Under the pieces are notes generated by a model. It made no database searches. It had not been told where the DNA came from and saw only the letters and a program-made list of their open reading frames with translations. Below, in pieces: positions 50,058-60,024 of a DNA stretch of 64,000 nucleotides (positions are counted from its first letter, which is position 1; each line of letters opens with the position of its first letter). A program made the position numbers and the translations under genes. Origin of the DNA: a virus; the IMG/VR virus record IMGVR_UViG_3300021479_000010, positions 1-64,000 of that record; one strand, given 5' to 3'.

Positions 50058-51465
50058 TCGGGAAAAAATATGTTTAGTAACTCCACCCTCGGGATTCTTA
50101 CTTGACCAGAGAGTTTTTGTATCACTTGGAATTCTTAAAATAGGTGCAGTTTTAGAACAGGCCGGATTTGAAGTTGATCACCTGGATTTGACCGGCGTAG
50201 CTAACTTCGAAGAAGCGGCAGCAGATTATAAGGAATGCGAGATATTCGCGATTACCGCAACAACCCCGCAGATTCCTGCGGCTGTAAAAATTAGAAAAGT
50301 TCTGAAGGGAAAAGTAATTCTTGGAGGGCCGCATCCAACTTTAGTTCATGCGGCGGTAAAACGAGGAAGTCAACGAGCGCAGGTTGCTCTTGATTTCCTT
50401 ATGCAAAATTTCGATACCATCGTCGCAGGCGATGGAGAGAAGTCTATATTCCGGGCGATTCGGGAATATGGGTTTATTGACGCGGACGATCCGAAATCCG
50501 ATTTGTGGGTGACTTCAAAGGATTTTTCGGAATCTCCTTTTCCTGCTCGTCATTTGGTAGATTTAAATAGTTATCATTATACGGTCGATAACGAAAGAGC
50601 AACGAGCGCAGTATTTCAGTTAGGTTGCCCGTTTGAATGCGGGTTTTGTGGCGGGCGATTTTCTCCTATGCTCCGCCGAATCCGCAGCCGAACAGCCGAT
50701 AGCATAATTGCTGAGATGCTTCATATCCACGAAAAATACGGCATTCGGGGTCTGATGGCATATGACGATGAATTGAATGTAAATAAAGGTCTAGTTGATC
50801 TTTGTCGAAAAATTAAAGATACTGGAATTGACTGGCGTCTTCGAGGATTTGTAAAAGCTGAATTGTTTAATGAAGAACAAGCGGAAGCAATGTATGATGC
50901 TGGTTTTCGGTGGCTGCTGTGCGGATTTGAGTCTGCACATCCTAGAATTCTGAAGAATATAAATAAGAAAGCCACTCTAGAAGATAATACGAACATGCTC
51001 CGGGTAGCTCATAAATATGGACTAAAAGTAAAAGCCCTTATGAGCTTCGGACACCCCGGCGAGAGCGAAGAAACTATTTTAGCTACTCAAGATTGGCTTC
51101 TAGCGGAGAAGCCCGATGATTTTGATTGCACGGTAATCACTACGTATCCTGGTACACCGTATTGGGACAATGCGGTTTTGGTTAAAGAACCTGTTTACCG
51201 ATATGAATTTAACGGCGATGCCTTGTATATGGAAAATACTGACCCTAATGCTGAAGTAGGGTACTACAAAGGCAAGCCCGGCGAATATAAAGCTTTTGTG
51301 TGGACGGACTATCTTTCATCTCAGGATTTAGTAAGATTGCGAGATAGAGTAGAAGCCAATGTTCGAAAACAATTGGGTATCCCATATCCAACCGGTTCCG
51401 CTGCTTTGCAGTACGAGCACACTATGGGCCAGAGGCTTCCACCTTATATTCTGACGACACTATGA
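50023..51465 (+). CDS. cobalamin-dependent radical SAM enzyme (class B methylase-like)
   Basis: B12-binding SLGILKIGAVL..ILGGPHPT..AGDGE; GCPFECGFC (CxxxCxxC); GFES; YPGTP. Confidence 0.9.
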   Translation: MLVQISGFRPISREKICLVTPPSGFLLDQRVFVSLGILKIGAVLEQAGFEVDHLDLTGVANFEEAAADYKECEIFAITATTPQIPAAVKIRKVLKGKVILGGPHPTLVHAAVKRGSQRAQVALDFLMQNFDTIVAGDGEKSIFRAIREYGFIDADDPKSDLWVTSKDFSESPFPARHLVDLNSYHYTVDNERATSAVFQLGCPFECGFCGGRFSPMLRRIRSRTADSIIAEMLHIHEKYGIRGLMAYDDELNVNKGLVDLCRKIKDTGIDWRLRGFVKAELFNEEQAEAMYDAGFRWLLCGFESAHPRILKNINKKATLEDNTNMLRVAHKYGLKVKALMSFGHPGESEETILATQDWLLAEKPDDFDCTVITTYPGTPYWDNAVLVKEPVYRYEFNGDALYMENTDPNAEVGYYKGKPGEYKAFVWTDYLSSQDLVRLRDRVEANVRKQLGIPYPTGSAALQYEHTMGQRLPPYILTTL

Positions 51466-52424
51466 GAATTTTAGTTACAGGCGCGGGTGGGTTTATAGGG
51501 CACCATCTCGTTAAGAGATTAAAATACGAAGGACATTGTATTGTCGGCGTGGATTTAAAATATCCTGAATTTGAAGAATCCTGCGCCGACGAGTTTCAGA
51601 TTGGCGATCTCCGCGATTACGAAGTTTGCCTTGCAGCCTGCAAAGATATAGATGAAGTTTACAACCTCGCAGCAGACATGGGTGGTATTGGATATATTAC
51701 CGCGCATCTCGCAGACATATCACGGAATAATATCCTGATTAATGTCAATATGCTGGAGGCAGCGAGGGTTCAGAAAGTAAAAAAGTTTTTGTTCTCGTCT
51801 TCCGCTTGTGTGTATGCACAAAATAAGCAACACACTGCGGATGTGGTGCCTCTTAAAGAAGAGGACGCCTATCCAGCCGATCCCGAACCAGGGTATGGCT
51901 GGGAAAAATTGTTCACCGAGCAGATGTGTGAATATTATCGCAAAGACTATAATCTGGATGTCCGTGTCGTTCGTTTTCATAACGTATATGGTCCGCAAGG
52001 AACATACGACGGAGGAAAAGAAAAATCCCCCGCCGCCTTGTGCCGTAAAGTCGCGAAAGCGCAATCGGGTGAAACGGTAGACATCTGGGGCGATGGCGAG
52101 CAGACTCGTTCATATATGTACATCGCTGATTGTGTAGACGGCCTTATACGGTTGATGGATTCTGATTATACTCCACCATTGAATCTCGGTACGGATGAGT
52201 TGGTGACGATTAATGGATTGTTTGACAAGATTGCATATATTGCCGGGAAAGATTTAATCAAACAGCACGATCTTACGAAGCCGCAAGGTGTACGTGGACG
52301 AAATAGCGACAACCGCCAACTTCTGAAAGTATTGAAATGGCAGCCTGAAATTAAACTTGACTGGGGCTTGCAAGAAACATATAGATGGATTAACGAACAG
52401 GTCAAAGAATTTGTCCACAATTGA
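51462..52424 (+). CDS. GDP-mannose 3',5'-epimerase-like NAD-dependent epimerase
   Basis: TGAGGFIG, YNLAADMGGIG, SSSACVY, AYPADP..YGWEKL, RFHNVYGP, EKSPAALCRK, GVRGRNSDN. Confidence 0.85.
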   Translation: MRILVTGAGGFIGHHLVKRLKYEGHCIVGVDLKYPEFEESCADEFQIGDLRDYEVCLAACKDIDEVYNLAADMGGIGYITAHLADISRNNILINVNMLEAARVQKVKKFLFSSSACVYAQNKQHTADVVPLKEEDAYPADPEPGYGWEKLFTEQMCEYYRKDYNLDVRVVRFHNVYGPQGTYDGGKEKSPAALCRKVAKAQSGETVDIWGDGEQTRSYMYIADCVDGLIRLMDSDYTPPLNLGTDELVTINGLFDKIAYIAGKDLIKQHDLTKPQGVRGRNSDNRQLLKVLKWQPEIKLDWGLQETYRWINEQVKEFVHN

Positions 52425-53223
52425 ACAAATACGAGACTATTGGGATCAGCGCCCCTGCAATATACGGCACTCCGCCAAAGCAATCGGTACTCAGGAATAC
52501 TGCGACGAAACCGAGAAAAGGAAATATTTCGTAGAACCTCACATTCCTGATTTTGCCGATTTCAATATATGGCGCGGCAAGAAGGTTCTAGAAATCGGCT
52601 GCGGTATCGGGACGGATACCGCGAATTTCGCCAGAGCCGGGGCGCACGTAACCGCAATTGATCTCTCTGAGAAATCTCTAAAAGTTGCTAAGCAAAGAGC
52701 AGAAATCAATGGTCTCGATATTAAGTTTTATCAAGGTAACGCGGAAGAACTGGATAAGATAGTTCCCATAGAAGCATATGATTTGATTTACTCTTTCGGA
52801 GCGATTCATCATACGGTTAGCCCCGTAGAAATATTAAAACAGATCAAGAAGTATCTCGCGCCCGAAGGCGTTATCAAGATCATGGTGTACCATAGATTTT
52901 CGTGGAAGGTTCTACGAATCCTTGTGCTTTATGGGAAATGTCAATTCTGGAAATTGACGAAATTGGTTGCTACACATTCGGAAGCCGAAACGGGCTGCCC
53001 GGTCACACATACTTACTCTCGGAAATCGATTAAAGAATTGCTGGCCGTGCCCGGATTCAAAATACGATATGCCGAGATCGATCATATATTTCCTTACGAC
53101 GTTTCCGAATATAAGCAATATCGATACAAAAAAGTCTGGTATTTCCGTTGGATACCGAAATGGTTATTTCGTAAACTGGAAAGAATATTCGGTTGGCATC
53201 TGATGATTACAGCAACAACATGA
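52411..53223 (+). CDS. class I SAM-dependent methyltransferase
   Basis: VLEIGCGIGTD, AIDLS, YDLIYSFGAIHH; probable TTG start. Confidence 0.85.
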   Translation: MSTIEQIRDYWDQRPCNIRHSAKAIGTQEYCDETEKRKYFVEPHIPDFADFNIWRGKKVLEIGCGIGTDTANFARAGAHVTAIDLSEKSLKVAKQRAEINGLDIKFYQGNAEELDKIVPIEAYDLIYSFGAIHHTVSPVEILKQIKKYLAPEGVIKIMVYHRFSWKVLRILVLYGKCQFWKLTKLVATHSEAETGCPVTHTYSRKSIKELLAVPGFKIRYAEIDHIFPYDVSEYKQYRYKKVWYFRWIPKWLFRKLERIFGWHLMITATT

Positions 53224-54425
53224 AACTATCAGTAATTGGTTTAGGTAAACTCGGTAGTCCACTCGTCGCGTGTTTGGCTTCAAAAGGATTCGAAGTCATA
53301 GGCGTTGATGTGGACCAAGATAAGGTCCGAGCAATTAATGGCGGGCAGCATCCGCCAGTAGATGAACCGGGATTACAGGATTTGCTATTCGCGAATAGCG
53401 AACGGATATCTGCAACAGTAGATACCCAATCTGCCGTATTAAAGTCCTCCGTTACTTTTGTAATCGTTCCTACGCCAAGCGACGAAAACGGAAGATTCTC
53501 CTTGAAGTATATCTTGCCGGTTTGTGAGAAAATCGGCGAGGCTCTTACTAGAAAATCCGAATTTCATATAGTAGTAATTGTTAGTACGGTTATGCCGGGC
53601 GACTGCGATGGCGAGATCAAGAAAGCTCTTGAGTCCGCAAGTGGACTGAAATGCGGAGAAGGATTCGGACTTTGTTATAATCCGGAATTTGTTGCTCTCG
53701 GATCGGTAATCAAAGACTTCCTGAATCCAGATTTTATTCTATTGGGATACGAAGACCCGCTTTCTAATTGCCGGGTTCGAAGTATTTACCAAAGAATTTG
53801 TTCCGCCCCGATCAGGGCAATGAATCGGATCAACGCCGAGATTGCTAAATTATCACTTAATTCTTATGTGACAATGAAGATTAGCTTCGCGAATATGCTA
53901 TGTCGTATTTGCGAACAAATTTCGGGCGCGGATGTAGATGTCATAACCGATGCTATTGGAACCGATTCCCGCATCGGACATAAATATTTAAAAGGTGCAG
54001 TAAGTTATGGCGGCCCGTGCTTTCCGAGAGACAATCGAGCGCTGGCCGTCTTAGCCGAATCCGTGGGAACATCTTCTGAGATTCCAAAGACGATTGATCG
54101 ATTCAATCGTTTCCAAATTCAAGAAGTCGCGAATCTCGTAGAGAATAATAGAAAAGGACCCGTAACAGTTCTTGGTCTGCCCTACAAAGTAGGTACGGCG
54201 GTGATGGAAGAATCCGCCGGGGTCAGTATATTAGAAGAACTGCGGGGACGGAACATTCCAACTGATATTTATATTACTGAAACTACCGATACAATTGTAC
54301 TTGCACTTCCGTACACCGGCAATCCCATCCCCGACGGAAAAATCATAATCGATTGCTGGCGGGCGTTTCCGGAACTGAAAGAAAAAGCGAAGAAATATAT
54401 CGCTCTTGGCCGATGCGACTCATAG
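53220..54425 (+). CDS. UDP-glucose/GDP-mannose 6-dehydrogenase family protein
   Basis: VIGLGKLG, IVPTP, STVMPG, YNPEF, KISFAN, DSRIG, YGGPCFPRD. Confidence 0.9.
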   Translation: MKLSVIGLGKLGSPLVACLASKGFEVIGVDVDQDKVRAINGGQHPPVDEPGLQDLLFANSERISATVDTQSAVLKSSVTFVIVPTPSDENGRFSLKYILPVCEKIGEALTRKSEFHIVVIVSTVMPGDCDGEIKKALESASGLKCGEGFGLCYNPEFVALGSVIKDFLNPDFILLGYEDPLSNCRVRSIYQRICSAPIRAMNRINAEIAKLSLNSYVTMKISFANMLCRICEQISGADVDVITDAIGTDSRIGHKYLKGAVSYGGPCFPRDNRALAVLAESVGTSSEIPKTIDRFNRFQIQEVANLVENNRKGPVTVLGLPYKVGTAVMEESAGVSILEELRGRNIPTDIYITETTDTIVLALPYTGNPIPDGKIIIDCWRAFPELKEKAKKYIALGRCDS

Positions 54426-55075
54426 CTGTTGTAACTTGTCATTCTTACGAGTACCCCAAACAAGATAGCGGGGCGGCGCATCATAGCCGAATCGATACCG
54501 TGCGGTCTTCGGCAATCCGACGAACTTGGCACAACGATTGGCTACGACACAAAGATGAGATCGATCTTAAGTTCTTTTATGGGCGGGGCGAACGCAGTCC
54601 AGAAGCGGACGAAGTTTTCCTAGACGTACCCGACGATTACTATAGTTTGCCTATCAAAGTTAAGGCCGTATTTCAATGGGCGCTGGATCATCACTATGAT
54701 TTTTGTCTTAAAGTTGATGATGATGTTTTTGTTTGGGTTGATCGGCTTATTCGGAATTATCCTTCTGATGATTATCGCGGCTTTATGCTCGAAGCCTCGG
54801 AGGGCAAATACGCCAGCGGAACTGCCTATTGGCTCAGTCGAAAAGCAATGGAAGTGGTAGTAAAGGCGGAGTGGAATCCCGCAGACTTCGCAGAAGATAA
54901 ATACGTGGGGCGCACATTAGCGTATAACGGCATCAACTTGGCTCACGACGACGGCTTCCAGTGCTGCAACTGTCCCGGATGCATGAGCCGATATTCAGAA
55001 GAAAATAGAATTTCTTTACACACTACTTCTCCGGAAGAAATGGTCGCTTTACATAAAGCGAATAATAGAGTATAA
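54413..55075 (+). CDS. GT31 (galactosyltransferase/Fringe-like) glycosyltransferase
   Basis: AIRRTW, DDYYSLPIKV, LKVDDDVFV, YASGTAYWLS, EDKYVG. Confidence 0.8.
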   Translation: MRLIAVVTCHSYEYPKQDSGAAHHSRIDTVRSSAIRRTWHNDWLRHKDEIDLKFFYGRGERSPEADEVFLDVPDDYYSLPIKVKAVFQWALDHHYDFCLKVDDDVFVWVDRLIRNYPSDDYRGFMLEASEGKYASGTAYWLSRKAMEVVVKAEWNPADFAEDKYVGRTLAYNGINLAHDDGFQCCNCPGCMSRYSEENRISLHTTSPEEMVALHKANNRV

Positions 55076-55083
55076 TAAGTAGT

Positions 55084-55872
55084 ATGAAAGAAATACATTT
55101 GTCCGGTGGTTACACGGCTTTAGTGGACGATTGTGATTTTGATAGGGTCATGAATAGCGGGCAATGGCAGCCGCTTGTAGATAAACGCAAGGCTGACAGA
55201 ACTGTTTATGCTCGTCGCAGCCTAACCTTACGCTCCAGAAAAGAAGCCAGAGATACCGGACTTCCTAGACGCAAAACCATCCTGCTTCATCGATTTATTC
55301 TGAACGTAGACGATGATGTTAAAGTAGATCATAAAGATGGAAACGGTCTCAACAACCAAAGAGATAATTTGAGAATTGCCACGCAATCTCAGAACAATCA
55401 AAACCGAAAAATATATCCTCACAAGAAGTATAAAGGAACGCACAAGAATTGGAATAAATGGTGGGCCGTCATTCGAATAAATGGTGGCGACGCAATTTAC
55501 ATAGGAAGTTTTGAAACGGAAGAAGAAGCAGCACGGGCCTATGATAAAGCGGCCAGAGAACACTTTGGGGAATTTGCTCGTTGCAATTTTGCTGCGTGGG
55601 GGAACATGGCCGACGACATTATCCTTGGTGCCCGGCAACTCAAAAATCCTAAAGGTGTAAAGCCTGCTTGGGATGAACAACAGTTAACTACCTCTAAATT
55701 GCCGGGTGGCGGGACGCTGGATATAAGCAATGCTAGCGGCGCACCGCGAACGGATATGGCCAATCCACCAAAGAGTGAGATTACTAGAACTCACCCGCTA
55801 GAAGATCATTTCGCGAAACCGAAGACGCGGCAACATTTCGGAGCGGGAACGGTGAAGATTACCGAAAATTAG
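55084..55872 (+). CDS. HNH-AP2 endonuclease fused in frame to a downstream phage ORF (internal ATG at 55606)
   Basis: LHRFIL..VDHKDGNGLNNQRDNLRIATQSQN; AP2 YIGSFETEEEAARAYD..FGEFARCNF; then an unrelated MADDIILG segment. Confidence 0.8.
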   Translation: MKEIHLSGGYTALVDDCDFDRVMNSGQWQPLVDKRKADRTVYARRSLTLRSRKEARDTGLPRRKTILLHRFILNVDDDVKVDHKDGNGLNNQRDNLRIATQSQNNQNRKIYPHKKYKGTHKNWNKWWAVIRINGGDAIYIGSFETEEEAARAYDKAAREHFGEFARCNFAAWGNMADDIILGARQLKNPKGVKPAWDEQQLTTSKLPGGGTLDISNASGAPRTDMANPPKSEITRTHPLEDHFAKPKTRQHFGAGTVKITEN

Positions 55873-55935
55873 GCCCATGCTCGAACGTATACGAACCTTT
55901 TGCGCCGCGTTATCAGTTTTAATTCAGATAATCGT

Positions 55936-56331
55936 GCTCTATCTATTGAGGCATCGATGAATGAATATTCCCTATTTTTCGATGGGGCGTGGAAGGCCGG
56001 AATTTCCTCATTTGGATTTACACTTTTTTTAGATAACGCGCAAATAGATTTTGGATACGGTTCGACTTTTGGCGATAAGCACGATGCCGAAGCATTCGCG
56101 CTCTGTCAAGGTTTAGACTGTTTCATTCGGCGAATTGATCGTCCTAGCGCAACTCTGCATATTTATGGCGATTCACAATTCATAATCAATACCGCTTATA
56201 AAAATTCCATTATTCGATCTAAGCTAAAACAGATCGAACAGATGACCTCGGGGATAAAGATTTCATGGATTCCGAGAGAATTAAATTCTTTAGCCAATAA
56301 CTTGGCTAAGAAACTACGATCCTTACAATAA
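55936..56331 (+). CDS. RNase HI-like protein
   Basis: FFDGA, AEAFAL.QGL, IYGDSQ, WIPRELNSLANNLAK. Confidence 0.7.
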   Translation, partial: ALSIEASMNEYSLFFDGAWKAGISSFGFTLFLDNAQIDFGYGSTFGDKHDAEAFALCQGLDCFIRRIDRPSATLHIYGDSQFIINTAYKNSIIRSKLKQIEQMTSGIKISWIPRELNSLANNLAKKLRSLQ

Positions 56332-56388
56332 TTAGAGAAGCAGGAATAGCTAATACCTTACTCCGGCCCTCTTTAAATAGGAAATAAA

Positions 56389-57012
56389 ATGGCTATTGTT
56401 GTTAATCAGGCTCCTGTGGCATTTAGCGCGATGACTTCCGGTTCGGGCACGTCTGCCCAGGTATGGCAGGTTAGTTCCACCGGTACTTCAGCTGGTGTTA
56501 CTGCTGGCAATCTTTATTTGGATTCGGCATCGTCCAATCTTCTGAATGGTCGCCGATTTCAGGTTAGTGTTGGCGGGTGGGTTAAGGCGCACGGTGCGAC
56601 TCAGACGTTTGCTCCGGGCCTTCAAATTTTTCCGTGGAATACCACTGTTGCGGGCGGGCGAACGGCTTCTGGTACTGCAACTTATACCTCGCAAGCTTCT
56701 GGAACTCTCACTGCCGGTACGTTTTATGATTTTGTGATCATGCAGGAATTCTTCGGCGAAGCAAATGCTAATACTTTGATTTGTCTTCCCGCTTCGGTTT
56801 ATGTGAATAGCGGTACTGCTATTGCATCGACTACTGCGGCTTCTCCTATTACGGTTTCATTTGCTTCCGCTTCACAAACGGAACCCATTACCGGCATCAA
56901 CGCCACGACTGATTATCCGCTGGCCTCATTTGCAGTTACTTTTGCCAATAGTGTCAGTGATACCGTGGAAACAATGCAATTAACTTCCTTTAGCTTGCAG
57001 GTGACGGTGTAA
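56389..57012 (+). CDS. S/T/A-rich probable virion protein
   Basis: Composition like the fibre ORFs; AGGA RBS. Confidence 0.5.
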   Translation: MAIVVNQAPVAFSAMTSGSGTSAQVWQVSSTGTSAGVTAGNLYLDSASSNLLNGRRFQVSVGGWVKAHGATQTFAPGLQIFPWNTTVAGGRTASGTATYTSQASGTLTAGTFYDFVIMQEFFGEANANTLICLPASVYVNSGTAIASTTAASPITVSFASASQTEPITGINATTDYPLASFAVTFANSVSDTVETMQLTSFSLQVTV

Positions 57013-57662
57013 TGAAAAAAGCAGATCGGATGCACAAACTGAGTATGGAACGGGCAGGCAAGACTCATATTGAGTCTTACTCCAAAAAGGGCGGATTCAA
57101 CAGCGCAGGACACAAGCGCCAAGGAGACAACAAATACGCTTCCTACCCCGATGCTCCGAAAGACAATATGAACCCCGATTATTGCGGCGGGACCGATGGC
57201 TCCGCAATGGGGAATATCCCAGAATAATTGGTGGTAGATAATGACTCTAGAAGAGAAACAGCAAGAACTGCTTACTAAAAATAAGCAGCGTCGTTCAAAG
57301 CAGAACAGCCGAAATGCTCGGGGGCCGCGAAAGCAGCCTACTCGCCGGTCCCCGCGTTCTGCTGTACCGTGGCTGAGAGGTATTCTGGCGGACCCCGCAA
57401 TACCTATCAGAGCCAAACTCTATGCCGCATACATGCTGGCATGTTTTGAGAAGATGAACGTTTTGTCTTACCAGGAATTCTACAAGTACAAAGAGGGCGA
57501 GGAATCTAGTGTTGAAAATGAAATCGCTGCGGCCTTCCAGATTCGACTCCCCGAAAAGTCCGGAAGCGGACAAACCGATCCAGCAAGGGAAGCAGTATCC
57601 GTGGGATGACGATTCGGACGAGGGTCAGGACCCCGTAAACAGTAAGCACGAATGAGGCTCTA

Positions 57663-58031
57663 GTGCGATCTGACAGGACTCTAAAGAAATACTATCGGCT
57701 CATCAATCGTAAATTCTTCGACAACGAACTACCCGATGATGTTTGCGTGCGGTGGTCTAACGAAGATGACGACGAAGAAGGATTCGAAGATAGATATTTC
57801 GGCATGGCTACGCGAGCCGATGACGGCTACCACAGCTATGTAATCATAATGAGCCGCGCATTAAATATAAAAGATTGTGTACGATTAAGCACTTTGGCAC
57901 ACGAATGTTGTCATATAGCGACGGGCCTGAGAGACAACCACGGCCCTGCATTTTCAGCATGGCATCAGAAATTGACAGATAGAGGCTTGTTCAAGAAAGG
58001 TGCGGTTCGTAAAGGACTGACATTATTCTGA
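57663..58031 (+). CDS. SprT-like zinc metalloprotease
   Basis: INRKFFDNELP..TLAHECCH..HGPAF. Confidence 0.75.
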   Translation: MRSDRTLKKYYRLINRKFFDNELPDDVCVRWSNEDDDEEGFEDRYFGMATRADDGYHSYVIIMSRALNIKDCVRLSTLAHECCHIATGLRDNHGPAFSAWHQKLTDRGLFKKGAVRKGLTLF

Positions 58032-58357
58032 ATGTGGTGGTGGGCCATGAAAGAGAAGCCCAAACCCGATACAGCGGACATGGGCGCAGGAGAGCCGTGG
58101 CGATGTACTTCGTGCGGCTGGTTTGTATATAACATAGGTTGGCTCGACGGGCGATACTGTCCGGTTGGAGGGGCTTCGGCGAGTAAATACATCAGCATCA
58201 ACTTCCCCAAGGTATGCTGCGTTTGTTATGATTTGTACCATAACATTATCCAAGAAGATTATTGGAAGCACGTACAAGATACTGAGAACGCAAAAGTACG
58301 TAAGTTACGTTCCGGTTCCGATTACTTGGGTGTCTAATCCTAATAGAAGTTGGGCTC

Positions 58358-58735
58358 ATGGATAAAATTCTGGCTTTTGTCCGTATTACCTATTTGTGGA
58401 TGATATTGCTGCCTGTCTCAATTATGTTTGTTGGCGCGGCTTCTAATCAGATAGTAATGATCGCCAATCACGATTCCTTTCCCGTTCTTGTGAACGATAC
58501 GCGGTTCGAAAATCTACCGTCGGCGGGGATGATAGACAAGCAGCATTGCGTAATGACTAGCGAAACGCATTTGAATATGCTGGCGGATATCTTCGATTTT
58601 GGACACGACGGGATCGAGAGTATTGGAGATTTGTGCTTGGATTTCGGTCAATGGTTGTGGACTTTTGCTCCTTATGTCTGGGGAGTGATAGTAATTAGGA
58701 AACTGTATTTTTTAGACTATGAAGGAATTATTTAA
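58358..58735 (+). CDS. membrane protein (DUF5317-like)
   Basis: GAASNQIVMIAN..FPV..H..M...THLNMLADI..SIGD. Confidence 0.55.
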   Translation: MDKILAFVRITYLWMILLPVSIMFVGAASNQIVMIANHDSFPVLVNDTRFENLPSAGMIDKQHCVMTSETHLNMLADIFDFGHDGIESIGDLCLDFGQWLWTFAPYVWGVIVIRKLYFLDYEGII

Positions 58736-59201
58736 GGATGTATACGTTGGAACGGATGATGATGTTCCTGAAGCACGAAAACGAAATTTTAATATTGTTC
58801 ATGCCGAGAAAGATGGCGAGTATAGCCACAGGGCGTTGCTGAAGTATGAAACGCAAGGAGCCCCGAAAGGCTCTGATTATCTTTACGCAAAACGCCCCGG
58901 TAATTTGTATTTGAATCTGATTGACGCCGATGATCCTGCTTTTGTTCCCGATGCAGTAATTAACGAAGCGCTGGCGTTTATAAAACATAGTTTAGATGAA
59001 GGCAAATCGGTTTTGATCCACTGCAATAAAGGTCTCAGCCGTTCGCCGACTATAGTTTTTCTTTACCTCTATTCAACCGGCAAATTGCCTCGCAATCATC
59101 ATCAAGCGATCCGAGCGTTTCGTCGTTTATATCCGCAATATGATCCTAGCGTTGGACTCGAATTATACGCCAAACGGCGCATCAAGGAATTGAAAAGGTA
59201 A
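58719..59201 (+). CDS. dual-specificity/Cys-based phosphatase
   Basis: VLIHCNKGLSRSPT (HCx5R). Confidence 0.85.
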   Translation: MKELFKDVYVGTDDDVPEARKRNFNIVHAEKDGEYSHRALLKYETQGAPKGSDYLYAKRPGNLYLNLIDADDPAFVPDAVINEALAFIKHSLDEGKSVLIHCNKGLSRSPTIVFLYLYSTGKLPRNHHQAIRAFRRLYPQYDPSVGLELYAKRRIKELKR

Positions 59202-59203
59202 CT

Positions 59204-59830
59204 ATGCAGAATCCTCTTAAGGGAATGATGGATACCAGCGATGCGGGGACGCTAGGAACCGCGCTGGCCGAGAAGCAAAAGATTATCGAGCAAGATAAAT
59301 CCGCGCAGGCGGCGAAGCCCGATACGACTCCCGCGAAGACCACGATGGCGAGTCCCAAGGACAAGATCAATCCCAAGGCTGGATACGGTTCCGGCAAAGG
59401 CGAGAAGCGGATCGATACATCGGACATGGTGAAGCCGATAGGTAGTTTCCACAAGGGCGGAACGGTTCCGATGGACGGTCCCTATAATCTCAAAAAGGGC
59501 GAACATGTTATGACCGCCCAACAGCATGGAAATATGAATCATGCTTTTGACCTTGCGGGGTCTGTGCTTGCTCAGCAAAGTCCAGAACCGGACATGCCCA
59601 AGAAGGAACTCAAAGAAATGCGTATTCGCAAGGGCGCGAATGGTGGACATATCGTAACACATATTCACACTCATATGATGCACCCCGATGAAGAACATGT
59701 CCATGAACACACCGATGGACTGATTGATCATGTCATGCAGCACATGACTGAACCAAACGAGGGCGAAGCAGAGGCGGATGCGGGCGATCCTGGCATCGAA
59801 GCGGCAGAAAAAGCAGTGGGGTATAAATAA
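59204..59830 (+). CDS. hypothetical His-rich phage protein
   Basis: FHKGGTVP..LKKGEHVM motif and a His-rich C-terminus. Confidence 0.55.
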   Translation: MQNPLKGMMDTSDAGTLGTALAEKQKIIEQDKSAQAAKPDTTPAKTTMASPKDKINPKAGYGSGKGEKRIDTSDMVKPIGSFHKGGTVPMDGPYNLKKGEHVMTAQQHGNMNHAFDLAGSVLAQQSPEPDMPKKELKEMRIRKGANGGHIVTHIHTHMMHPDEEHVHEHTDGLIDHVMQHMTEPNEGEAEADAGDPGIEAAEKAVGYK

Positions 59831-60024
59831 TGGCAAAAGCAAAGAATCCAAGTCTGTACCGAGCAATGCATCACTTGAATAAAGGCGGGTTGCACCGTGC
59901 TCTCGGCGTTCCGGAAGGCGAGAAGATTCCCGAATCGAAGCTAGAAGCCGCGAAGAATTCCAAGAACAGCCATGTTCAGCACATGGCGAATTTTGCGGCA
60001 ACTATGAAAGGATTTAAACACTAA
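59830..60024 (+). CDS. small basic phage protein
   Basis: KGGLHRALGVPEGEKIP motif. Confidence 0.55.
   Translation: MAKAKNPSLYRAMHHLNKGGLHRALGVPEGEKIPESKLEAAKNSKNSHVQHMANFAATMKGFKH

Larger units (their letters stand above)
4601..59594. repeat. dispersed 16-bp palindrome WGTCCR-N4-YGGACW
   Basis: 23 perfect GTCC-N6-GGAC cores located by eye, plus about 12 one-mismatch variants. Confidence 0.85.

Noticed and set aside
59252-60001. 249 aa minus-strand ORF and similar long overlapping ORFs (21096..21689, 56913..57416)
   Set aside because: Antisense to well-supported genes, with no motifs or RBS.
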